A stretch of 64,000 nt of DNA from a virus (IMGVR_UViG_3300034759_000344:1-64000); one strand, 5' to 3'; positions 8,498 through 18,631 are shown, counted from the first letter of the stretch. The notes: generated from the sequence alone by a model not told the origin. Made by a program: numbers and translations.

Positions 8498-9196
8498 ATG
8501 TATATATGTAAAGGTGGTGTTACCATGCAAACAATGAAAAGCTTTGAGTCCGAAAAAGCTATAACTGACTTCTTGAATACCTCAAGGATGCACACGAGAT
8601 TTCATTACAGATACGGTTTAAGCAAACCTCCGGACATGTATGAGGTTACCAAGAAACTGAATGACTATATATATAATGACGATCCCCTCTTTGACCATCC
8701 TGCTATAGATAAGTTTACGCTAAATGAAGGACTGCTTTGGGACGTATCTCCGTGTGAAGGAAATCCAGAAAAACCAAATACCAAACCAGCGGTAGAGTAT
8801 GTAGTATGCAGAATAAAACAGCTCATACCAGAATATCTTGCAGACAAGAAGCTCACAGGATCTTACGACTTAGAAAGCTTAAAACGCTGTGTAGGCATTG
8901 TACGAAAGATGTATCCAAAAAAAGAGTATCCTATCTTCAGTATACCGAATCCAAATAAACTAACTAAATCCACAGAGAAATGTAAGTATGGCGATCAGGA
9001 CACTTATATCTGCTATACTACAATACTGGTAATAGACAATGTACCAATAAACTACGAAGAAGCTTTATACTACTTAAAAGCCTACCGCGACATAATCTGT
9101 CTTACCTACTACGAACTCGGCAATCTCAAAGTGAAAAAGCTGCTTAGTGAAGTCCTACCGGATTTAATAACCACATACAATCTCTATAAGCTGTAA
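8498..9196 (+). CDS. hypothetical protein
   Basis: long ORF in operon; true start may be ATG 8525. Confidence 0.7.
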   Translation: MYICKGGVTMQTMKSFESEKAITDFLNTSRMHTRFHYRYGLSKPPDMYEVTKKLNDYIYNDDPLFDHPAIDKFTLNEGLLWDVSPCEGNPEKPNTKPAVEYVVCRIKQLIPEYLADKKLTGSYDLESLKRCVGIVRKMYPKKEYPIFSIPNPNKLTKSTEKCKYGDQDTYICYTTILVIDNVPINYEEALYYLKAYRDIICLTYYELGNLKVKKLLSEVLPDLITTYNLYKL

Positions 9197-9198
9197 AG

Positions 9199-10008
9199 GT
9201 GATGCCTGTGAAGTATCCTTTAGAAATAAAAGATGAAGAAAGAACGGTAGCCGTAGCAACTTACAAAGACAAAGAACTGTACGGTAATCAGTATTTCTAC
9301 ATGTTAAGGAACCTTGTAGCTGTAGTCCTTTTATCTGGAAAAGACTACATTCCCGTTAAAGAATTCATAAAAGCAATGCAAAACCCGGATCCGGAAACTT
9401 ATTTTACTCTAATTACCGATAGACCAGAAAACGGCGTAATAGTTTACCGCAGTCAGAACAACAGTATAACCCGAGCAGTAATTGTAACTGCAAGAATAGA
9501 AGGTCAGAAATTAATCATAGATAAAGGCAACAAACATCCTGCTTTAAACATATCTGTAGTCAATGACCTTTACTTGAAAATACTTCCGCATATGTACCAG
9601 CTGCATTCCTTTGTAGAAAGGGTTTATCCCAGTGTTACTTTTCTGGAAGATAATATAGGTGAGCTGGTTATGGATGTAGCTATTGCTGCAAGCCACAAAT
9701 GCTACGCTAAAAGTGAAGAAACAATATATATATCTGAATTTGCCAAAGAACTCAAAAACATTGAAAGCCAGTACCTGCATCCCGACGAAGAAGAAATAGT
9801 TAGAACTGTAGTCATTCACAACCCCAAAAATACTAAAATTGATAAAGTAGAGGTACAGCTGCTTAGTGAAAAAGCCTTAACCACAGACAAAATAGTGGAA
9901 GCTGTGCGGGTGCTGTTTTATATGTGTCTACCTAAAGACCAGCAAAAGAAAATAAGCAAGCTGTACCCAAATGTTGCTATACATGCACAGCTTTTCAAGC
10001 TGGGATGA
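9199..10008 (+). CDS. hypothetical protein
   Basis: 269-aa ORF starting 2 bp after the previous gene. Confidence 0.7.
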   Translation: MMPVKYPLEIKDEERTVAVATYKDKELYGNQYFYMLRNLVAVVLLSGKDYIPVKEFIKAMQNPDPETYFTLITDRPENGVIVYRSQNNSITRAVIVTARIEGQKLIIDKGNKHPALNISVVNDLYLKILPHMYQLHSFVERVYPSVTFLEDNIGELVMDVAIAASHKCYAKSEETIYISEFAKELKNIESQYLHPDEEEIVRTVVIHNPKNTKIDKVEVQLLSEKALTTDKIVEAVRVLFYMCLPKDQQKKISKLYPNVAIHAQLFKLG

Positions 10009-10045
10009 TGTGGTATAATAGTTTTGTAAACTTATTCAACTAAAT

Positions 10046-10408
10046 GTGCCTTTAAAACTAAAGTTAATTAGGGAGGACTTAAGATTGAAAAATCCAGCCA
10101 GGGCAATCAAAGAATTGTTTACACAGATAACTGGAAAGAAAGCCAGTAGAGTTAAAGAAGCTAAAGGAACTCCGTACTATCTAACCTGTTTCAGATGTGG
10201 AAAGTCCAAAGCTGGAGAAGACCAGAAGTTTCTGGTCGTATATCAGGGTAAATACCGGCATGCTGTGGAAGTAACCCTGTGTACAGCGTGCTGGGAAGAA
10301 TTGTTTGAAGAAAAAGAGGAGGTGAAAAACAATGGCAATAAAAAAGCAAGATGTTCTGGTGGTAATAAGAGACGGCGTGGTAGACAGGGTGTTAAGCAAC
10401 GATCCTGA
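10046..10408 (+). CDS. putative zinc-binding protein
   Basis: CFRC...CTAC; start uncertain and 3' end overlaps the next ORF. Confidence 0.55.
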   Translation: MPLKLKLIREDLRLKNPARAIKELFTQITGKKASRVKEAKGTPYYLTCFRCGKSKAGEDQKFLVVYQGKYRHAVEVTLCTACWEELFEEKEEVKNNGNKKARCSGGNKRRRGRQGVKQRS

Positions 10409-10559
10409 CGTAGTGGTTACCATTGTTAACTTTGGTTTGGGTGATGAAGGAGAATATCATGAAGTCAAGCAGTATGTGTATCCAGACCACGAATGGGACC
10501 CTTATGAAGTTAAGGAAATTCTTGATGAATACAACACAAAATTTGAGAAAGGAGTGTAG
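10332..10559 (+). CDS. hypothetical protein
   Basis: GGAGG RBS; acidic 75 aa. Confidence 0.65.
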   Translation: MAIKKQDVLVVIRDGVVDRVLSNDPDVVVTIVNFGLGDEGEYHEVKQYVYPDHEWDPYEVKEILDEYNTKFEKGV

Positions 10560-10566
10560 TTAAACT

Positions 10567-11502
10567 ATGCTTACTGATATCATTGACAGCTACCTACAGA
10601 GCAAAGCTCAAGAACAGGAAGCACCAACTGATAAATTTCGGGTTTCCGATGCTGGAAGATGCAAGCTGATGCGCTACTGGAAAAGAAAGGGAGTAGAGCC
10701 TACTAATTCACCTGAAGCAAGAGTCATGCGGGTATTTGAAGTAGGTAACATATTCCACCGCTGGCTGCAGAACATCCTTAAAGAGCAGGGTAGCTTAATA
10801 CACGAGGAATACGAAGTGGAAGATGAACACCGCAGGGGACATATAGATGCCGTTGTAGAAACTCCGGCTGGAAGATACCTTATGGACTTCAAAACTGTGC
10901 ATTCCAGAAAATTCAACTATTTAACTACCGATGTAGATAACCACTACCTTTACCAGATAATCACTTACTATCTCATGTACCCGGACAACATAGATGAGCT
11001 ATTCCTGGTATATGTATCTAAAGATGATTTAAGAATCAGGGAAGTAGCTATAAAAGCAACCATGCCTTTTGATATGCTGGTAGATATGGTTAAGCGGGAT
11101 TGGGAAGAACTCATAGAGCATTGGGAAAAGGATAAAGAACCAGAACCCATACCCTACCACAAGTGGGAATGTGCCTACTGCATTTATCAGGCCAAATGTG
11201 AATCCGAATTCAAAAAAGACGAAGAAGAAAAGGTAGTTCCTTTTTCCAGCAATTATTTGGAAGGATTGTTAGCAAAAAGAGAAGAGCTTCTGGAATATGT
11301 AGAAGAATACAGCAAAGTGGATAAAGAAATAAGGGAATACATAAAGAGCCTTCCCTTGAGCAAGATAAAGGTGGGTAACTACTACATAGAAAAATCTCTA
11401 ATCAACCGCAAAACTTACAACATTCCAGAGGAAATCAAGGAGCAGTACTTGGAAGTGACACCCCACGAGAGGATATACATAAAGAGTGTAGAGGATATAT
11501 GA
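10567..11502 (+). CDS. Cas4-like PD-(D/E)XK exonuclease
   Basis: N-terminal Cys (SDAGRC), G..FH, HIDA, MDFKT, YQ..Y, C-terminal CAYC.....C Fe-S motif. Confidence 0.8.
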   Translation: MLTDIIDSYLQSKAQEQEAPTDKFRVSDAGRCKLMRYWKRKGVEPTNSPEARVMRVFEVGNIFHRWLQNILKEQGSLIHEEYEVEDEHRRGHIDAVVETPAGRYLMDFKTVHSRKFNYLTTDVDNHYLYQIITYYLMYPDNIDELFLVYVSKDDLRIREVAIKATMPFDMLVDMVKRDWEELIEHWEKDKEPEPIPYHKWECAYCIYQAKCESEFKKDEEEKVVPFSSNYLEGLLAKREELLEYVEEYSKVDKEIREYIKSLPLSKIKVGNYYIEKSLINRKTYNIPEEIKEQYLEVTPHERIYIKSVEDI

Positions 11503-11506
11503 GGAG

Positions 11507-12733
11507 GTGAATTTGATGGCTCGCAAAAGTAATCCTTACGTTAAGCAAGTGCTGGGAACCATATGGAAGAAAAAGTGGACGGGAGAACTGTTAGACAATT
11601 ACCGGTTTTTCTATGTATTACACCCAGAAAATCAGGTTGTATACAACATAAAAACGAGGTATGTTCAGGAGTATCTCAAGAGGTTGAGGCAGAAGCGCCA
11701 GCACTTTCCGCAGCTTGCACGAGGAGAAGTGTATCCGGAAACCAAGAAAATACTGGAAAAGATAATGAAAGATTTCGAAAAACAGCTCAACAGTATGTAC
11801 CATTTTGGATGTGCAATATGCGGTGAGAAGTTTGCAGCATCATATGTTGGATATAAGATATTTGAACCTTCTCTATACAAACCAGCGGCTATGAGGTTAA
11901 TCGTGTATACGGACTTCTTAAACGACGGTATCAAGGAGATAATAAAGCACCTGGAAAGCAAGCATCGAAACTATTTAGAAAAACATAAAGTTACGGCTCG
12001 TAAAGCAGCAACCATAACTTTGCATCGTATACTTGGTGAGTACACCGAACTCAACTATGAGCTAAACGAATTTAAAAATCAAATAATTGTAGACAGACCT
12101 AACCGCAAAAAAGGACTGCAGTTAATGTTTACTGAAGAGAAAGAGCTGGAAGCTATCAATCAAGAAAGCTATATAGATGAGGAAGTGAAAAACCGTATAG
12201 AGAACAAGCTGTATGGAGAAAAGACGAAAGAAGCTGAAGACCAGCCGCTGTGTTTGGCAAACGGTACCGGCAAAAAGATGTTAATAAGCAAGCTTCACGA
12301 TGCCTATGCCAATATCATTGAAAGCTTAAAAGAGCTTCCCAAGCGTGCAGTATGCAGAGAACACAAAGTAGTTATGGAGGATTTAGAAGAAATCCTGAAC
12401 CATTTGGTAGAAGAACATCCTTATATAAGGCCCTCCAAAGAAAATGTAGCCTATCTTTGGCATGCTTTGGGAGACTGGAGGGCAGTAGCTGACTTACACC
12501 ACCGCTACGTAGCAAGAGTAGATGAGTACTATATAGCTATAGAAGAAGATGACTTAGAAAACAGCTATGTTTTAGTGTATCCACAGCCAATGCACAAAAA
12601 CAAAGGCTACCGCAACCAGTATGCTAAAGATACCTATTTCACCAGAGGAAAAGAAGCCCAAGAGGTGTTTCACAGTGAGCTGGCAGATAGGGAAATAGTC
12701 ACCATCTTCTCTACTGAAGATATAAAGAGTTAG
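11507..12733 (+). CDS. hypothetical protein with C2H2-like zinc motifs
   Basis: 408-aa ORF; CAIC...HLESKH and C.EH...HLVEEH. Confidence 0.7.
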   Translation: MNLMARKSNPYVKQVLGTIWKKKWTGELLDNYRFFYVLHPENQVVYNIKTRYVQEYLKRLRQKRQHFPQLARGEVYPETKKILEKIMKDFEKQLNSMYHFGCAICGEKFAASYVGYKIFEPSLYKPAAMRLIVYTDFLNDGIKEIIKHLESKHRNYLEKHKVTARKAATITLHRILGEYTELNYELNEFKNQIIVDRPNRKKGLQLMFTEEKELEAINQESYIDEEVKNRIENKLYGEKTKEAEDQPLCLANGTGKKMLISKLHDAYANIIESLKELPKRAVCREHKVVMEDLEEILNHLVEEHPYIRPSKENVAYLWHALGDWRAVADLHHRYVARVDEYYIAIEEDDLENSYVLVYPQPMHKNKGYRNQYAKDTYFTRGKEAQEVFHSELADREIVTIFSTEDIKS

Positions 12734-12744
12734 GAGGGATATGT

Positions 12745-13383
12745 ATGTTTGGAGTTTTAATATTTTTAGTATGGGTATTTTTCATTTACCTATTCATAAT
12801 AGCACCAAATTTAGAGCCCTGGATACCTTCACCAGAACCAGAAGAAGAAGATAGAAAAAAGAAAAAACCTGCTAAACCTAAACGTCTTGATGAAGAAACG
12901 ATAGAGAAATTCATAGAAGGATTTGCAGGACCTGCTGACATAGAAGGTATAGTAGGTAAAGTGTATAAAAACCATTTAGGAATACCTACCATTAGAAGTT
13001 ATGATTTAAAAGAAGTGGACGATAAGTTTGGTCATGATGCTTTGGATTTAGCAACAGCTACAGCACCACAGCATAGAGTACTGAACAGATTAAGGAGGGA
13101 CTACACACTACCTATAAACTACCGACTAGATGACTATCGACCATTGCTTTCCTGCTATCTGCTGCTGCGTACCTTACCGGAGAATGTAGAACCAAGTACC
13201 GAAGCTATCCAGCAGGAAGTGTATAATGAAGAAGTAGAACGCTGGAAAGAAATGTGGTTTACCAAGTGGATGCAGAGGTGGAAAGACCAGATACCCGAAA
13301 AGTACCGAGAAGAAATAAATGCTTTATACCAGAAAGAAACTGGAAGGAGGGAAGAGGAGTGGGTAGCATCGATCCAGAAATAA
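12745..13383 (+). CDS. membrane-anchored hypothetical protein
   Basis: N-terminal hydrophobic helix; GGAGG RBS. Confidence 0.7.
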   Translation: MFGVLIFLVWVFFIYLFIIAPNLEPWIPSPEPEEEDRKKKKPAKPKRLDEETIEKFIEGFAGPADIEGIVGKVYKNHLGIPTIRSYDLKEVDDKFGHDALDLATATAPQHRVLNRLRRDYTLPINYRLDDYRPLLSCYLLLRTLPENVEPSTEAIQQEVYNEEVERWKEMWFTKWMQRWKDQIPEKYREEINALYQKETGRREEEWVASIQK

Positions 13384-13754
13384 GGGATTCAGTATGGTCC
13401 GGAATGCGTATGGCACTCAGAGACTATGTCAATCCCCTAATGGTGGATTTGATAGGTAGAGAAATAGCTAAAACGGTAAGCGCTGAAGTAGCACAGGTAA
13501 CCAATCAAGCTGTAAGTGATTTACAGCAGCAGATAAAAAGGGCCGTAAAGAAGATAGAAGAGAATAAAGAAGCTCGAGAAGCATTGGCAAATCATTTAGC
13601 CAGAATAGTAACCGAAGTAATATCTGAAATGCGGGAAGAAATGTACGAGCAAATGAAGAAAGAATTTGAAGAGCAGTTAAATGTACTGCGCAAGAAAAAC
13701 GACGAACTGCGCAGAGAACTGTTAAAGCTCAAAAAACAAAAAAGGCAGGGCTGA
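13254..13754 (+). CDS. coiled-coil hypothetical protein (true start probably downstream)
   Basis: helical E/K/Q-rich C-terminal two-thirds. Confidence 0.6.
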   Translation: MVYQVDAEVERPDTRKVPRRNKCFIPERNWKEGRGVGSIDPEIRDSVWSGMRMALRDYVNPLMVDLIGREIAKTVSAEVAQVTNQAVSDLQQQIKRAVKKIEENKEAREALANHLARIVTEVISEMREEMYEQMKKEFEEQLNVLRKKNDELRRELLKLKKQKRQG

Positions 13755-13862
13755 GTAAAGTATACCACAGTTGACTGTGAACGTCAACAAGTATCTTCAC
13801 AGGTAATTGCGGCTGGATGCCCCCGATTTTAATCGGGGGAGGAAAGCCGCCTAACCTCCCTT

Positions 13863-14876
13863 CTATGCAACGTATTTGTACCTCCAAGAGGCAAAACATA
13901 CAAACTTGCAATCATCTGGTTTAGCCCGTTGGGTTAGTCTCTTGCCAGTATTGATGTCATGCAGGCTTATTCTGTTGTTTATGTGCCCGCCAACATAGCA
14001 CAGGCCGTATTTTGGGTGCTTAACGTAACTGCCACGTTTGAAGCCAAGTGACCTTGTACCACCTTGTCTCCTGCGGACACCACCTTTGGCGAACTGCAAC
14101 ATATGCAATTGCCTTCGGTTAAACCGCAGTGGTACAACGACAAGCAGTTCTGTATTGTCTGGTTGAACATGGCCGCCAGTATACCAGTTAGCCAAGCACC
14201 ATGCGTCAACGCAGTGCGCGTCAAATGACTCGTCCAGTTTCCTGCTTGTTTTCTTCAACCCATGAGACTTCCTTAGCTGTTTTGTTTCCCAGCCTTCCTT
14301 TGTGTACACTTGACCAAATCTAGCTAATTCCGAGTAAAACCATGTCTTGCCTACTTCAAGTGGCGTAAAGGATTGATTCCAGCGTTTCTTACCAGGTCTT
14401 GTAGTAGCTTTGATATTTTCAACCACGAAGACAGTTACTGGGAAGAGTCTCGTTAACCATTTAGCTATCCTCAACCGCCACTGCCAACGCGCTTTCGTTG
14501 AAGGAGGTAAGTCTTTATTCTTACGGTTGTTAAACTTGGCAGGGCGTCTGCGAGTTTTGCGATACCTTCTGGCTCTGCGCATATTGCGTCTGGTTTCTAC
14601 AGCTTCCTTAACGTGCGTTACAGCGTGCGCTTGAACGTTAAGATATGTGTGTGCTTCTGACTTAACTGAATATCCTTCCATCTTGCTTCCTAGATCAATG
14701 CCCACAGCTATCGGTTGTTTATACCTAGCTGAAGGTTCAACATTGAGCCTTACACAAAACACACCTTTGCTCCAAAACGGAGTAGCTTTACCAGACTTAA
14801 TCCATCGCCTTGCCCTCGAAGGTTTTGTTGGCATTAGAGGATTGCCATTCTTATCAACAACAGGAACAAACCTCAT
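13863..14876 (-). CDS. isrB: IsrB RNA-guided nickase (PLMP, split RuvC, no HNH)
   Basis: GNPLMP, GIDLG (RuvC-I), RRARRYRK bridge helix, VVENI (RuvC-II), HCVDA (RuvC-III); 337 aa with no HNH insertion. Confidence 0.85.
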   Translation of the reverse strand: MRFVPVVDKNGNPLMPTKPSRARRWIKSGKATPFWSKGVFCVRLNVEPSARYKQPIAVGIDLGSKMEGYSVKSEAHTYLNVQAHAVTHVKEAVETRRNMRRARRYRKTRRRPAKFNNRKNKDLPPSTKARWQWRLRIAKWLTRLFPVTVFVVENIKATTRPGKKRWNQSFTPLEVGKTWFYSELARFGQVYTKEGWETKQLRKSHGLKKTSRKLDESFDAHCVDAWCLANWYTGGHVQPDNTELLVVVPLRFNRRQLHMLQFAKGGVRRRQGGTRSLGFKRGSYVKHPKYGLCYVGGHINNRISLHDINTGKRLTQRAKPDDCKFVCFASWRYKYVA

Positions 14877-15111
14877 GCGGTAAGCCTCCTTGTCGGAGTA
14901 TGTTCAGCCCTTCGGCCATGTCCAGCAGGCTTAGCATGGTCTTTGCCATGCGTGGCATTAAGCGGTTCTGCCGTAGAGCCTGGAGCTAGGGCGGCACCCC
15001 AGGGTACTTGGTAGCCCACTGGACGTAGCGGATTGGGTACCGCTTGGCCTAGTCAACCGTTGCCTTGCTGCCGCCATCGCAAGCCCCCGAATTTATTCGG
15101 GGGTGGTTGAC
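14877..15111 (-). ncRNA. omega-RNA scaffold of the IsrB element
   Basis: structured ~235-nt non-coding region between the element end and the isrB start; the guide would be the 5' flank. Confidence 0.7.
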
Positions 15112-15308
15112 ATTGTTTCATTATCATCTTCATTGAAAGGAGGAATAACCTCCATGTTGGATACTGCTGTAACCTGCCAGTCATAGTCTACAAAAAAGTT
15201 AACTGCTCTAGCAAGAGTTACAAAACTGCATTCTGAAGTGTCATCTAAAAACATAGCACAATCTGCACCAAAGCATTCCTTACCGGTTAGCGGACAGTAT
15301 TTTCCCAC
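15093..15308 (-). CDS. small Cys-rich hypothetical protein; C-terminus supplied by the IS end
   Basis: CPL..KEC...C..C; GGAGG RBS; last codons lie inside the IS. Confidence 0.65.
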   Translation of the reverse strand: MGKYCPLTGKECFGADCAMFLDDTSECSFVTLARAVNFFVDYDWQVTAVSNMEVIPPFNEDDNETMSTTPE

Positions 15309-15326
15309 CTTAAAAACCTCCTTCCT

Positions 15327-17105
15327 TTAAAACAAGTGGTACTCATCTTCTTTTACTCTTTCCCAAAACCAGCGGTCAAACTCCTCAAGAGTAGGGATGG
15401 TAAACGGTGCCGGTATGTAAGGAGATTTACCGTGAGCAGGCTCTTCAACAAAGGTAAAGTCAAAAGAACCATGTTTTATATTATGTATTCTTTCTCTATC
15501 TATAGCTAAATAAGCATAATTGAAAGCGTGCACTAAGTGATCAGGACCATTGTTAACCACAGTTTCCGTTATCTCTCCAGTTTCTTCTTCTTCGTTAAGT
15601 ATAGCTAAATTCAAAAAATGCTGAATTAAAGGCTTTAAGTTGTTATCTATTTTCCAAAACTCTATCATACCTCTTTTAATAGCTCCAATCAACTGCATAA
15701 TGGACATGGTACGGTTAGCTCTTACTGTGAATTTGCTGGGATTCCAATTAGCCAAAAATCCTTTATCTACATACATACAGCTGTAAACCCTGCCCGGGAA
15801 GAAGTTTAGGAGCTCGGAGTTTCTATCCTGACCGTAACCGCTGTCACATACAATTACTTCCGGCTGATAGAGAGATAGTTTAGAAGCAATCAACCTCACC
15901 TGTTCTAAAGGAATGTTAGTATCCTCCACCATAAACAGGTTGAGCAGTCGAACCCTTCCAGAAGGAAGTAACCCCAAAACAACTACCCAGTTAGTCCTAC
16001 CCCAGTCAATCCCAGCAGTAACCATTACGCATTCACCACGAGCAAAGGTAGGACCGATGTTAGGATTAACTGCTTTGTAGAAGTCATCTTCAGTAAGCAA
16101 GAGACCAGTACTTTGGTATTCCAAACCTAACACGTAGTTGTAAAAGAGCTGGTCGCTGGTGTACTTAAAGCGCTTGCGCATTATTTCATCTGCTGATATC
16201 CAGGGACAGTCAAGCTGAGAAATGTGGTAACCTACAATATCTCGGTTTTCATAACTGGCTATCCACTTTCCCATGCCCATGCGGTTAAGCTCTTTCTTAC
16301 ACTTCTTACACACTATTTTATAGGAACCATCCTCTATGGTTTGTAGAGCCTCATTAACTCCCTGTGGGTTTACCAAAACCAAATTATCCTCAAAAGTAAG
16401 GTACTGCCACTCTCCACAGTGGTCGCATTTATGAAAGTAGCGGTGCTGTGTAGAAATGTTATAAAGTTTAGCCACACCGCGGTTGGGAGTAGTAGGAGTA
16501 GAAAACCTCCTCAGCAGCTTATACTTGGACGCTGAAATAGCCTCCGAGAATGCGGTCTCTACATCATCCTGCATGCGGTCGTACTCATCAAAACACAGCA
16601 TATCAGCCGACATACCTTCACCAAGCCCTGATTCCCAAGCAGATACCATAAACAGGTTGGAAGAAGTGGGCAGAAAAGCCTTTTGATATACATTACGAAC
16701 CCTAATGTTGGGAGGGCAGAAAGAAGAAATGTACTCAGAACCATCAATAGCTGGATCCACACGGGTCTTGGAAAAAGGTATAAGCTGTTTATCACGAGGA
16801 AAAGTGTATATGGCATTGACAAATTGGTGGTTGCATAAAAACCAAAGAACCTCATTAACGTGGGATTCAGAAGCTCCAATCTGACGAGCCTTCTTGATAA
16901 CTTTATCCTGGCTCATATCATCTATAATTTGAATGAAAAAAGGACGATGGAAATGGGGATCGGTTTTGGAAATGTAGCGGAACTTATGCCCTTTTAAAGT
17001 ACGGTAGAGCTGGGCAAATACTGAAGGTTTTTCCTTTGCCCGCTCCTGCAGGTATAATTCAAGAACTTCTTTCTGTATCTTCTTCGCCATCATCAAGCAC
17101 CTCAA
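15327..17105 (-). CDS. terL: terminase large subunit (GpA-like)
   Basis: KKARQIGASE Walker A, FDEYD Walker B, STPT, CDHC/CKKC zinc motif, GIDWG nuclease, DHLVHA. Confidence 0.9.
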   Translation of the reverse strand: MRCLMMAKKIQKEVLELYLQERAKEKPSVFAQLYRTLKGHKFRYISKTDPHFHRPFFIQIIDDMSQDKVIKKARQIGASESHVNEVLWFLCNHQFVNAIYTFPRDKQLIPFSKTRVDPAIDGSEYISSFCPPNIRVRNVYQKAFLPTSSNLFMVSAWESGLGEGMSADMLCFDEYDRMQDDVETAFSEAISASKYKLLRRFSTPTTPNRGVAKLYNISTQHRYFHKCDHCGEWQYLTFEDNLVLVNPQGVNEALQTIEDGSYKIVCKKCKKELNRMGMGKWIASYENRDIVGYHISQLDCPWISADEIMRKRFKYTSDQLFYNYVLGLEYQSTGLLLTEDDFYKAVNPNIGPTFARGECVMVTAGIDWGRTNWVVVLGLLPSGRVRLLNLFMVEDTNIPLEQVRLIASKLSLYQPEVIVCDSGYGQDRNSELLNFFPGRVYSCMYVDKGFLANWNPSKFTVRANRTMSIMQLIGAIKRGMIEFWKIDNNLKPLIQHFLNLAILNEEEETGEITETVVNNGPDHLVHAFNYAYLAIDRERIHNIKHGSFDFTFVEEPAHGKSPYIPAPFTIPTLEEFDRWFWERVKEDEYHLF

Positions 17106-17451
17106 AGGCTACTGTGTCCAAGTAGTTCAAATCCTTTTCCTCTCCTTCAGAACTCAAAAGCTCCTTAAGCTCTTCTACCATCACTTTAACATTTATCTGC
17201 TGGGTTAAAGTGTTTACCGTTTCTCTTCGCTCAGTAGCCTCTCCAGTAAGCAAAAGGTAAAGCTTAGTTAAGCTATTAATGGTATCCAGTATTTTAGAAT
17301 GATCTCTAACCGGAGCTACTCGAAGTAACCTTATCTGTTCCTGTATGGTTTCCTGCAGTTGAGCTACCAAATTCTCTATGAATACATCACGATCAGCGGG
17401 TTCTCTAGCTGCCTGTCTAAAGCCGTCGTTGATTAAGTCCTTTAAACTCAT
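17059..17451 (-). CDS. hypothetical protein, terminase small subunit candidate
   Basis: helical ORF directly upstream of terL; LLLTGEATER. Confidence 0.55.
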   Translation of the reverse strand: MSLKDLINDGFRQAAREPADRDVFIENLVAQLQETIQEQIRLLRVAPVRDHSKILDTINSLTKLYLLLTGEATERRETVNTLTQQINVKVMVEELKELLSSEGEEKDLNYLDTVAFEVLDDGEEDTERSS

Positions 17452-17455
17452 ATTA

Positions 17456-18073
17456 TTACTCCCTCTCTATTTCTCCCACTTCAAGTACAATACGATTGCG
17501 CACCTTTTCAAGTAAATCCTCAGGAAGCTCTTCGGAAATAATCTGAATGATTTTCAACACCGCATCTTCGAGCTGTACTATTCTCTTTACTAAGGCATCC
17601 CGATACTTGTTCAGCAGGTTGTCTTTCAAAGAAAGAGCCTGAATAACTTCCCTCGGCGATACAAATACCTCTTGATTCTTGAGAGCCTTAAGTCCTCGCA
17701 GGACAATGCTATCCAAAACCTGCACATCATCAACCACTTCCCTTACGCTGCGGTAGGCGCTAAATTCCTTTTCCAGCCTATCCAGATAGGAAGAAGCAGT
17801 TTCTTTCAAGTAGCGGTAAACAGCATCTGCTACTGATATTCCCTGCTTCTCCGCTACACTCTTAAAGTACAGAAAGGCATCAACAGTACCTTTACCTAAT
17901 GGTACACCGTAAGTGGATGAAATCTTTTTAGCTACTGTACCAGTAGCCAGGCCCTCCTCAAGGTAAGCAGTTACTTTTTCCTCAAACCAATCACATTCAT
18001 TGATCAGTTGGTATAGTCTACGTATAGCTGGTTTACTTGGTGGGGTAAGAGATACTTCAGTACTGGTCATCAA
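17456..18073 (-). CDS. hypothetical helical protein (possible HTH/terminase small subunit)
   Basis: 205-aa ORF coupled to the sigma factor gene. Confidence 0.6.
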   Translation of the reverse strand: MMTSTEVSLTPPSKPAIRRLYQLINECDWFEEKVTAYLEEGLATGTVAKKISSTYGVPLGKGTVDAFLYFKSVAEKQGISVADAVYRYLKETASSYLDRLEKEFSAYRSVREVVDDVQVLDSIVLRGLKALKNQEVFVSPREVIQALSLKDNLLNKYRDALVKRIVQLEDAVLKIIQIISEELPEDLLEKVRNRIVLEVGEIERE

Positions 18074-18596
18074 ACTTCTCCCTCAGCTCAGTAAATATTT
18101 TGTTGATTTCTTCGTTGAATTTCTGAGTACTTAAATCAAAAAAACTGGCTAATTCTTCATCAACACTGCAGCCATTACCTAAATAAGCAGAAAGCATTAG
18201 GTACTTCCGCTCATCTTCCTGCTTAAGATAGTCGAGCATTTCTTCAATAAGTAGTCTATCAATAATTGCATCCTCTATCTCCACGGTATCGGTACTGCTG
18301 TTCCAGTCTAAATTGTGGGAAGTAAAAACTCTTTTGTTCAGTTCTCGTTCCTTGCGTACGTAGTTGAAGAGGGCATAACGAAGCTTATGGCTGATGTAAA
18401 ACGGAAAGTCTACGCCACGCTCATACTGGTCATCAAGCGGTTTGGAGGTGTAAGCTTTGTAAAACTCTACAAATTTAACACAGGCTTCTCCATAAAGATC
18501 CCAGTAGTCTATGTGGTACTTCTTGCTGTAGCTACCACACAGCTTTAATATCAACGGCATATACTGATCCAATACCTTTTCTAAATCTGAATTCAT
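18057..18596 (-). CDS. phage RNA polymerase sigma factor
   Basis: region 2 (YMPLI...DLYGEA...FPFYI...NYVRKE) and region 4 HTH (EELASFFDLS). Confidence 0.75.
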   Translation of the reverse strand: MNSDLEKVLDQYMPLILKLCGSYSKKYHIDYWDLYGEACVKFVEFYKAYTSKPLDDQYERGVDFPFYISHKLRYALFNYVRKERELNKRVFTSHNLDWNSSTDTVEIEDAIIDRLLIEEMLDYLKQEDERKYLMLSAYLGNGCSVDEELASFFDLSTQKFNEEINKIFTELREKFDDQY

Positions 18597-18631
18597 CGTT
18601 AGTTCCTCCTATAGAATGCTGTGTATCTTAC

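Larger units (their letters stand above)
13801..15111 (-). mobile_element. IS200/IS605-superfamily element encoding IsrB and omega-RNA
   Basis: - strand starts GTCAACCACCCCCGAATAAATTCGGGGGCTTG and ends with hairpin CCCCCGATTAAAATCGGGGG followed by flanking GTGA; GC-richer than flanks. Confidence 0.85.

Noticed and set aside
13759-13787. TTGACG-17-TATACT on the - strand, antisense to early genes
   Set aside because: Plausible promoter but no downstream gene; cannot be separated from chance without transcript data.
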